Shown: positions 17,881 through 25,332 of the stretch, piece by piece | How positions within the stretch are numbered: the stretch's first letter is position 1 | Layout: each line of letters opens with the position of its first letter | Assembly (NCBI GenBank): GCA_027036355.1 | Contig: JALVQZ010000101.1 | Span: 1-40,560, forward strand | Length of the DNA: 40,560 nt | Reading direction: 5' to 3' | Source: Acidimicrobiia bacterium | GTDB lineage: Bacteria > Actinomycetota > Acidimicrobiia > Spongiisociales > UBA5794 | The notes under the pieces: generated by a model | The model's database searches: none | Seen by the model: the letters and a program-made list of their open reading frames with translations, nothing else | Told to the model about the DNA's origin: nothing | Program-made: the position numbers and the translations under genes

Positions 17881-18005
17881 GTGGGCACCTCCCTGCCACC
17901 GAGCCTACCGTCGGATCCCCGGAGCGGAGCCGCGTCGCAGGTCGGCCTGGCGGCAAAGGCGACGAACAGCTTGAGCCGCGGGCATGCCCGGTCGATACCG
18001 CGTCC

Positions 18006-19115
18006 ATGGCCTCGATCGACCAGGTGCTTCGGAACCACGGCCGGGACGTCGAACACGCTCGCCGTCCCGGGCGCTTTCCTCGGCTCGCGCGGGCGTTGGG
18101 GGCGGCGATGATCGTCGTCGCCGTGGTCTGGACGGTCCCCGTCGCCGCCCAGGCCGCGCCCCGCGAGTTCGGCGAGATGGTCGACCACGAGATCACCCTC
18201 CCGGTCGCCGGAGAGCATCACCTGTGGGACACCTTCTGGGCCGCCCGGAGCAACGAGACCGGAGTCCATCACGCCCAGGACATCATGGCCGACAAGATGA
18301 CCCCGGTCGTGGCCGCCGGTTCCGGCACGATCAGGCTCGTCAACTGGTCGAGCCGTCCCGACGACCTGAACCCCGAACGATGCTGCACGATCGTGCTCCG
18401 GCACGACGACGGTTGGGAGTCGTGGTACATCCACCTCAACAACGACACGCCGGGCACCGACGACGGGAAGGCGTGGGGGATCGCCGACGGCATCGTCCCC
18501 GGGGTCCACGTCGACGCCGGCCAGCTCATCGGATGGGTGGGGGACTCGGGGAACGCCGAATCGACGGCCCCGCACGTGCACTTCGAGCTGCGGGACCCCG
18601 CCGGTGTCGTCGTCAACCCCTACGCGGCCCTCCGCGCCGCAGGAGCGAACGCCCCCGCCCCTTCCGACGCCGTCCTCGCCGGCGTGCGGGTGCTACGCCG
18701 AGGGATGCGCGGCGCCGACGTGGAACGGCTCCAGGAGCTCCTCGCCGCCGAAGGTCTCGACCCGGGGCCGGTCGACGGCATCTTCGGCCGTCGCACCGAC
18801 CGTGCCGTTCGCACCTTCCAGCGTGACCAGGGGCTGGTGGCCGACGGCATCGTCGGCGCCGCGACCAGGGGAGCGCTGCGTCGGGTCGCTCCGGCCGAAG
18901 GTCCGGTCTTCGACCGGATCCTGAGGAAGGGGAGCATCGGCAACGACGTACGCGCCGTGCAATCGATGCTGAAGACCGCCGGGTTCGATCCCGGGCCGGT
19001 CGACGCCGTGTTCGGCGGCAAGACGCTGCTCGCCGTCCTCGCCTTCCAGGAAGCCAACGGGCTGGCCGTTGACGGCCTCGTCGGTCCCAAGACCCTCGCC
19101 GCCCTCGGAGCCTGA
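18006..19115 (+). CDS. Secreted M23 metallopeptidase with two C-terminal PG_binding_1 (peptidoglycan-binding) repeats
   Basis: ORF 17850..19115, trimmed to ATG 18006. TM/signal segment ALGAAMIVVAVVWTVPVAAQAAP. M23 motifs HHAQDIM and PHVHFEL. Two repeats of the type G..G.DV..LQ..L...G.DPGPVDGIFG..T..AV..FQ...GL..DG.VG..T. Confidence 0.85.
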   Translation: MASIDQVLRNHGRDVEHARRPGRFPRLARALGAAMIVVAVVWTVPVAAQAAPREFGEMVDHEITLPVAGEHHLWDTFWAARSNETGVHHAQDIMADKMTPVVAAGSGTIRLVNWSSRPDDLNPERCCTIVLRHDDGWESWYIHLNNDTPGTDDGKAWGIADGIVPGVHVDAGQLIGWVGDSGNAESTAPHVHFELRDPAGVVVNPYAALRAAGANAPAPSDAVLAGVRVLRRGMRGADVERLQELLAAEGLDPGPVDGIFGRRTDRAVRTFQRDQGLVADGIVGAATRGALRRVAPAEGPVFDRILRKGSIGNDVRAVQSMLKTAGFDPGPVDAVFGGKTLLAVLAFQEANGLAVDGLVGPKTLAALGA

Positions 19116-19127
19116 GCGGTCCTCGCC

Positions 19128-21875
19128 TCAGCCGTCCGAGCCGGCGATGATGCCGAGGATGTCGTCTCCGTAGTCCTCCAGCTTCTTCGGTCCGATGCCG
19201 GGCACGGCGAGGAGTTCGAGCTCGTCGGTCGGACGGGACGAGGCCAGCGCCTCCATCGTTTTGTTGTCGAAGACCACGTAGGCGGGGACCCCGAGTCGCC
19301 GTGACGTCTCGAGACGCCAGCTGCGGAGCCGCTCGAGCAGCCCGGCGTCGGGGGTGGGAGGGGCCAGCACGACCACTTCGCCGATGTCGGCGACCACTTC
19401 GGCGCCCGTGGCCAGCGCGACGGTGACGGTACCCACTCCGATCCCCGAGACGATCCCCTCGTACCCGCCGGTCACTCGTACGGCGGCACCGGGACCGATC
19501 CGTGACGTCGCCGGCGCCTTCCGGTCGGCGGCGACCGGCTCGTCGACCTCGGGAGCGGCGGTTCCCGCCAGCTCGGCGAGGAACCGCGACGGACGGGCCG
19601 CGTCGGCCAGCACGACGGCCGATTCGCTCGCCCGGGTGATCGCGACGTGGAAGATCCGGCGCTCCTCCTCGACGTCGGCGGCCAGGTCGTGGGGCATCGC
19701 TCCCCGGTCGGCGCCGAAGATCACGACCTTGGGCCACTCCATCCCCTTGACGCGATGGACCGACGAGAGGGTCACCCCGTCGGGGCGGGGAGGAACATCG
19801 AGCGCGGCCGCCAACCACGGGACGAACCCGTCGAGCTCTCGATGGAGGGCGCCGGCGCGACGGATCGCGACCAGGTCGTCGACGTGGCCCGATCTCGCTG
19901 CGTTCGTCCGGCCGGCATCGAGCGCGCCCGCGGCGGAGCCGAGCCCGACGTCGTCGATGAGGAAGGCGAGGAGCCTCCCGGCATCACCGTCTCGCGCGAG
20001 CCGGTTCGCCTCCACGATGTCGGCGAGATAAGCGTTCCATCGGGACGCTTGCCGCCCATCGAGCCGGCCACCGAGTTCCATGAGGTCGGGGAGCTCGTAG
20101 CGGGATCGGGTGAGGAGCTCCCGAGCCAGCGTCGTCAGCCCCCGCCCGGGGCGACGGATCGTCTCGAGCACGGTCCGTCTGGCGATCCGTTCGGGCTTCG
20201 TCGCGATCCTGATCCAGGAGAGGAGCGCCCGCACCGTCGTGCGTTGCAGCTGACCGGCGTCGAGCAGGTCGTTGGTGGGGATGCCACGCTCGACGAGCGC
20301 AGCCTTGATCGGCACGAGCGTCGAGTTGACCCGGGACAGGACGGCGATCTCGTCGTGGGCGGCGCCGGCGGCGAGCCATCCCTCGACGAGGTCGGCCGCG
20401 ATCGAGGCCAAGTCGAGCCCTCGGTGCTCGCCGACGTTCAGGCCGGAGGTGCCCTTGACGGCGTCGATGGTCTTGTCGATCCGGCGACGGTTGTACGACA
20501 GCAACGTCGCTGCGCCGGTGACCACGTCGGCGGGGCAGCGGTAGTTGCGGGTGAGGGCATGATGGGCGGCCCCGGGGAAGTAGTGATCGAAGTCGATCAG
20601 GAACGCCGGATCGGCCCCGGCGTAGCCGTAGATCACCTGATCGTCGTCGCCGACCCCGAACACGTCGAGCTCGGGAGCGGCGAGGAGCCGGATCAGGAGC
20701 ACGTAGGCCGGAGTCAGATCCTGGAACTCGTCGACGAGGACGTGCCGGCATCGTCGCTGCCATCGGGCCCGCAGCTCCGGGTCGCGCAACAGCACCTCGA
20801 TCGCCCCGTACACCTGCTCGCCGTGGTCGACCCGGCGACGGCGGTACATGCGCCGGCGGTACCGGTCGAAGGCGTCACCGAACCCGACGACGTCGTCCCT
20901 GGAGGCCTCCACGACCGCGGGATCTCGCAGGCCCGCCCGGACCTCGTCGAGCGCTTCGAGGTACGGCCCGAGGGCGTCGGCGTTGGCTCGCCGGGGGGTC
21001 GAGACCAGCTTGTCGAACTCGGCGCGGACCTCGAGATCGTCGACGAGATCGAGATCCGGATGGGCGTCGGTCAGGATGGCCCATCCCAGCGAATGGATCG
21101 TCCGGACCATCGATCGGTCGGCATCGACCCGTTCCCTGAGCTCGCCGGCTGCCTTGGCGTTGTAGGCGACGGCGACGACCGACCCGGGCTCTACGCCGAC
21201 ATCGTCGAGAAGATGCCGGAACCGGGCCGCCAGGGTCCTCGTCTTGCCGGATCCGGCCGGAGCGATGATCCGGGCCGGGCCCGCGCCGTGCATGACCGCC
21301 TCGATCTGGTCCGCGGCCAGTGACCACGGATCTCGGCCGGGCGTCAGGTCACGCACCGGTGTGGTCCGGGCGGCGTCGATCGTCTCGCCGTGGATCACCG
21401 GTGCGTCGAGCGCCGGGAGCGGCTGGCGAGGCCCGCCGTCGATCCACGCCGGCGTGCCGTCGGCCATGATGACGTCGGCCGGGCCTCCCGGCTCGGCCCC
21501 GACGCTCCGGGCAGCCTTGGTCGCCCACCACCATCGCGGGTCGCCATGGCGCATGTCGTAGCTGTTGGTGAAGACGAGGAAGCGCAGCCGTTCCCGGGGG
21601 AAGAGGAAGTCGACGGGAACCGACCAGACGGGACGGTCGTCGACCTCGGCGACGGCCAGTGCGTCGTCGTCGATCGCCCATTCGACGACCACCGGTTCGC
21701 GTCGGACCCAGCAGCGCTGGAGCCTCTCGATCGTCTCGCCGAGCCGTTCGTCGTCGTCGATGACGGCGTCGTCGAGTCGCACTCGGCGCGAGTTCGCCCA
21801 CGGTGCGGGAGGAGCCGTGTCGGGCCGGACGACGACGCCGCGGCCCAGGAGGGATGGACCAGGGATGGTGGTCAT
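19128..21875 (-). CDS. UvrD/Rep-family DNA helicase with ~190-aa N-terminal extension, small beta-barrel (Tudor-like) segment and C-terminal HRDC domain
   Basis: ORF 19128..22838, trimmed to ATG 21875 (MTTIPGPSLL...); everything upstream is antisense to the DEAD-box gene. Walker A APAGSGKTR, VLVDEFQDLTP, YRCP, VHRVKGMEWPKVVIFG, FHVAITRA. C-terminal HRDC-like segment: LLERLRSWRLETSRRLGVPAYVVFDNKTMEALASSRPTDELELLAVPGIGPKKLEDYG. Confidence 0.85.
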   Translation of the reverse strand: MTTIPGPSLLGRGVVVRPDTAPPAPWANSRRVRLDDAVIDDDERLGETIERLQRCWVRREPVVVEWAIDDDALAVAEVDDRPVWSVPVDFLFPRERLRFLVFTNSYDMRHGDPRWWWATKAARSVGAEPGGPADVIMADGTPAWIDGGPRQPLPALDAPVIHGETIDAARTTPVRDLTPGRDPWSLAADQIEAVMHGAGPARIIAPAGSGKTRTLAARFRHLLDDVGVEPGSVVAVAYNAKAAGELRERVDADRSMVRTIHSLGWAILTDAHPDLDLVDDLEVRAEFDKLVSTPRRANADALGPYLEALDEVRAGLRDPAVVEASRDDVVGFGDAFDRYRRRMYRRRRVDHGEQVYGAIEVLLRDPELRARWQRRCRHVLVDEFQDLTPAYVLLIRLLAAPELDVFGVGDDDQVIYGYAGADPAFLIDFDHYFPGAAHHALTRNYRCPADVVTGAATLLSYNRRRIDKTIDAVKGTSGLNVGEHRGLDLASIAADLVEGWLAAGAAHDEIAVLSRVNSTLVPIKAALVERGIPTNDLLDAGQLQRTTVRALLSWIRIATKPERIARRTVLETIRRPGRGLTTLARELLTRSRYELPDLMELGGRLDGRQASRWNAYLADIVEANRLARDGDAGRLLAFLIDDVGLGSAAGALDAGRTNAARSGHVDDLVAIRRAGALHRELDGFVPWLAAALDVPPRPDGVTLSSVHRVKGMEWPKVVIFGADRGAMPHDLAADVEEERRIFHVAITRASESAVVLADAARPSRFLAELAGTAAPEVDEPVAADRKAPATSRIGPGAAVRVTGGYEGIVSGIGVGTVTVALATGAEVVADIGEVVVLAPPTPDAGLLERLRSWRLETSRRLGVPAYVVFDNKTMEALASSRPTDELELLAVPGIGPKKLEDYGDDILGIIAGSDG

Positions 21876-22139
21876 GGTGGTGCAGCGTAGAGGCGGGGTC
21901 GGACAGCGATGCCGCGACGGTACGGTGGTAGCGCCCGTCGCGGGGCTATCATGGCGTCCGAGCCGCTGCGGCGGGCGAGGCCCGCACCGAATGGATGCGC
22001 ACCCGTCGCAGGACCAACGGCTCGTTCCACTCCTCGGGTCGACCGCCTCGATCTTCCCCGCCCGTCCGTCGCCGACCGACGCCGGGTTCGAGTTCGTCAT
22101 CGACCAGTCCGCAGCCGCGGACGTCAGGAGCCAGAGACC

Positions 22140-23492
22140 ATGACCACCCCGACCTTCGCCGATCTCGGCGTGCCCAAGCACTTCACGAAAGTGCTCCGCG
22201 CCAACGGCATCGACACCCCCTTCCCCATCCAGGCCGCCACCATCCCCGACGCCCTCGCCGGTCGCGACGTCCTCGGCCGGGCCCCAACGGGCTCGGGCAA
22301 GACGCTGGCGTTCGCCATCCCCCTGCTCGCCAACGTCGAGCGGGGTCGGCCCCATCATCCCAAGGCGCTCGTTCTCGCTCCCACCCGCGAACTCGCCGAT
22401 CAGATCAAGCGAGAGTTCTCGTTGCTCGCCCAAGCCGCCGAGCGGCGCATGGTCGCCATCTACGGCGGGGTCTCCTACCGCCCCCAGCGAGACAAGCTCC
22501 GACGCGGTGTCGACGTCGTGATCGCGACGCCCGGTCGCCTCGCCGACCTCATCGAGCAGGGCGACATCTCCCTCGACGAGGTCGACCACGTGGTCGTCGA
22601 CGAGGCGGACCGGATGGCCGACATGGGCTTCCTCCCCGAGGTGCGGCGCCTCCTGGACATGACCGCCGCCGATCGCCAGACCGTGCTGTTCTCGGCCACC
22701 CTCGACGGGGACGTGGCGACGCTGACCCGCCGCTACCAGCGCGACCCGGTCCGTCACGAGGTCGGATCCGAGACCCCGGACGCCGGCACCGCCCGCCATC
22801 ACTTCTGGCGGGTCGGACACAGTGACCGGGTCGGCCACACCGCCGCCGTCGTCACCGCGTCGGAGTCCACGATCGTGTTCACTCGAACGCGACGCGGCGC
22901 CGACCGGCTCGCCGGTCAGCTGTCACGGGAAGGCGTGCGAGCGATCGCCATCCATGGGGGCCGCACCCAACGCCAACGGAACAAGGCCCTCAAGGACTTC
23001 GCCGGCGGCCGCGTGGAGGCGCTCGTCGCCACCGACGTGGCGGCTCGCGGCATCCACGTCGACGGGGTGGACGCGGTGGTGCACTTCGATCCGCCCGACG
23101 ACGAGAAGGCCTATCTGCACCGTTCCGGCCGTACGGGCCGGGCAGGCGCTTCCGGATCGGTCGTGTCGCTCGTCCTCGGCGATCAGGTCCGCGACGCCCG
23201 TGACCTCCAGTACCGTCTCGGCCTCAGCGGGACGTTCTCGGATCCTGCGGTCGACGCGCTCGACGACGAAGGCGGCGAGCAGCTCGGTGATCATCCGGTT
23301 CGCACGACGGCCAAGCCGCGTCGCGGCGGAGGCAAGGGCGGCCATCGCGGCGGTTCGCGCGGTGGGCAGCACCGCCGGGCCCGGGCTCGTACCTCAGGCG
23401 GGCGTTCGTCCCAGGGCGGATCCGGCCGAGGCCGCGCCGGCCGGGGCGGGTCCGGTCGGGGCGCCTCGAGGCGTAGGAGCGCGGGCCGCTGA
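22140..23492 (+). CDS. DEAD-box ATP-dependent RNA helicase with Arg/Gly-rich C-terminal tail
   Basis: ORF 21909..23492, trimmed to ATG 22140 (MTTPTFADLGVP...). Q-motif FPIQ, APTGSGKT, VVDEADRM, SAT, HRSGRTGRAG. The tail is RGGGKGGHRGGSRGG...GRGRAGRGGSGRG. Confidence 0.9.
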   Translation: MTTPTFADLGVPKHFTKVLRANGIDTPFPIQAATIPDALAGRDVLGRAPTGSGKTLAFAIPLLANVERGRPHHPKALVLAPTRELADQIKREFSLLAQAAERRMVAIYGGVSYRPQRDKLRRGVDVVIATPGRLADLIEQGDISLDEVDHVVVDEADRMADMGFLPEVRRLLDMTAADRQTVLFSATLDGDVATLTRRYQRDPVRHEVGSETPDAGTARHHFWRVGHSDRVGHTAAVVTASESTIVFTRTRRGADRLAGQLSREGVRAIAIHGGRTQRQRNKALKDFAGGRVEALVATDVAARGIHVDGVDAVVHFDPPDDEKAYLHRSGRTGRAGASGSVVSLVLGDQVRDARDLQYRLGLSGTFSDPAVDALDDEGGEQLGDHPVRTTAKPRRGGGKGGHRGGSRGGQHRRARARTSGGRSSQGGSGRGRAGRGGSGRGASRRRSAGR

Positions 23493-23520
23493 CGCGACCG
23501 GCCCGAACCGGATCGATCCG

Positions 23521-25314
23521 TCAGTAGGCGGTCGTCCGGAAGACCGGCTGGAACAGGTCGATCTTCCGGGCGCACACCGACGCCAGCGGGCACGTCCCGC
23601 AGCTCGGTCGGCCGATCTCGACGCAATGCGACCGGGCGACCGAGAAGACGAACCCGTCGACCGCTCCCATGGGAAGGCCCGACCGCGAGGCGAGCTCGGC
23701 GATCGCATCGTGGGTGGCACCGCGGATGGCCGCCTCCGTGGAGGCGTCGACCCAGGAGCGTGCGGCCAACAGATCTCCGACGGAGGCCTCCACCGTCACG
23801 CAACCCGACCGGAGGCACACCCGCATCAGGTGATAGTCGACGATCGGGCCCGGCTCGGTGTCGCCGCCGAGGAAACGCTCGGGCCGGTTCCGGTAGATGA
23901 GCGCCAGGAGCCTCGCCTTCTTGTGCAGCGGGTCCTCCCGGAACCCCGGCACCTCCGCGAGCGATGCCACGAAGGTGCCGACCGGATCCGGTGACCGGTT
24001 GGCGGCGGCCACGAGCGACCCGATCCCGCCTCGCCGGGCCATCGCCCAGCCATACGCCTGTTGGAGCAGCCGGTGCGAACCGACGTCGGGGACCGGACAT
24101 TCCCCGTCGTCGTCGACGCAGATCCGGTCGAACAACAGCGGGTCGGAGGCGAGTCGAGCCAGGTCGATGGCCGCCGGGTCGGACTCCACGGCCGCGGTGA
24201 AGCGCTCCCACACCACATCGGACCCCTTGCGCCGCCGGCCGCCGACGTCGGCCCACATGGGAGCGAGGTACCCGTGGTCGTCGTCGTACCAGAAGCCGTA
24301 CTGGTGGAGGGTGGCGACGGCCAAGGTCTCGAGGGCATGGGGCGACCCGACCGGGGGGAATCCGGGTCCGGCGAAGTCCAGTGCCGCCCCGACCGCTTCG
24401 GTGGCGACGACGCCGGAGACGGCGTCGACCTGGTCCGGAGCGACCTGCGCCACCGACGGGGCGGGGATCGCCGAGGCGGGCGGTGGGCCGATCCTCGGTC
24501 GGAGCCGGTCCAGCAGCGGTGCCGCTCCGAGCCCCGACAGGACCTCTCCCGCCCGCGTCATGGCCGAGCCGACCGGGTCACCGCCGCCCAGCATGGCACC
24601 GAGATAGCCACCGCAGAACGCATCGCCGGCGCCGGTGGGATCGATCACGTCGAGGCTCGGGGCGCGATGATGGCTCCAGCGGGAGCCATCCCACACGTCG
24701 GCGCCGTCCGCACCCTTGGTCACCACCACCACCGTGTCGTCGGGCGGTCGGGAGCCGAAGATCAGCGTCGCCTCGGCCTCGTTGCAGAACGCCACGTCGG
24801 CACGGTCGAACAACGCTCGCACGGCGTCGGGATCGCCGGCCGCATCGCCGATGAACGTCCCCACGCTCAGTCCCCCTCCATAGCCGCGGGCGACGAGGCC
24901 CGCCACGAACGCCGCCTGTACCTCGACCGCGGATCCGATGGGGGCCACATGGATCCACCGAGCCGTCAGCCAGCGACGGGGAACGTCCGTCGCCGTCAGG
25001 GCGGTCTCGGCGCCCATCGACGCCGGCCCGTAGTGGGCGGCCTGATCGTCGTCGTACGTGATCGTGAACCGCGGAAGCGAGCCATCGACCACCACGAGCC
25101 CGGACGGGTCGAGCATGCCTGGCCCGAAAGCGCCCGCGATCGGGTCGGGCAGACTCCGAGGTACGCGGGCGACGATACCCGAGCGGGTGCCCGAGACCGT
25201 TGCGGCCAGGGCCGTGATGAACCCCGACCCACCCACCGTCGCGTAGGTGGTTCCGCCGACCGAGATGCGGTCCTGGGAGGGGGTCCCGACGACGACGAGC
25301 TCAGGGGCTTCCAT
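23521..25314 (-). CDS. Fusion protein: N-terminal PfkB/ribokinase-family kinase + C-terminal DUF2419/QNG1-like (queuosine-salvage glycosylase-like) domain ending in a Cys4 motif
   Basis: Uninterrupted 597-aa ORF. PfkB motifs: ATVGGSGF and DPTGAGDAFCGGYL. The C-terminal half has motifs resembling human QNG1/C9orf64 as remembered: TLHQYGFW vs TLNFSFW; LHKKARLLALI vs FYKRAQILVAD; IVDYHLMRVCL vs FADYRLPQVL; terminal PVFRTTAY vs FHRIRCIYY. CVEIGRPSCGTCPLASVC lies near the end. Confidence 0.6.
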   Translation of the reverse strand: MEAPELVVVGTPSQDRISVGGTTYATVGGSGFITALAATVSGTRSGIVARVPRSLPDPIAGAFGPGMLDPSGLVVVDGSLPRFTITYDDDQAAHYGPASMGAETALTATDVPRRWLTARWIHVAPIGSAVEVQAAFVAGLVARGYGGGLSVGTFIGDAAGDPDAVRALFDRADVAFCNEAEATLIFGSRPPDDTVVVVTKGADGADVWDGSRWSHHRAPSLDVIDPTGAGDAFCGGYLGAMLGGGDPVGSAMTRAGEVLSGLGAAPLLDRLRPRIGPPPASAIPAPSVAQVAPDQVDAVSGVVATEAVGAALDFAGPGFPPVGSPHALETLAVATLHQYGFWYDDDHGYLAPMWADVGGRRRKGSDVVWERFTAAVESDPAAIDLARLASDPLLFDRICVDDDGECPVPDVGSHRLLQQAYGWAMARRGGIGSLVAAANRSPDPVGTFVASLAEVPGFREDPLHKKARLLALIYRNRPERFLGGDTEPGPIVDYHLMRVCLRSGCVTVEASVGDLLAARSWVDASTEAAIRGATHDAIAELASRSGLPMGAVDGFVFSVARSHCVEIGRPSCGTCPLASVCARKIDLFQPVFRTTAY

Positions 25315-25332
25315 GGCGTCACCGTACCGGCG

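Noticed and set aside
17761-18005. c-di-AMP (ydaO-type) riboswitch upstream of the second M23 peptidase, as often found before actinobacterial wall hydrolases
   Set aside because: Only loose resemblances are present (GGTCCCAA, GGGGTTCGATC). The conserved ...CCCGAAYCCGNCAGCTAACCTCGTAAGCG 3' element is absent. Most of the region is better explained by a GC3-biased minus-strand small-protein ORF.
21876-22838. N-terminal 320-aa extension of the UvrD-like ORF (19128..22838)
   Set aside because: The extension is antisense to the DEAD-box helicase gene and the intergenic region, and it has no helicase-related sequence. I trimmed the gene to ATG 21875.
23509-23520. Perfect 12-bp palindrome CGGATCGATCCG between the convergent DEAD-box and PfkB-fusion genes, considered as a bidirectional terminator
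   Set aside because: It has no loop and a very short stem, with no flanking U/A tracts. It may be a chance palindrome or a restriction-type site, which is not enough to call a terminator.
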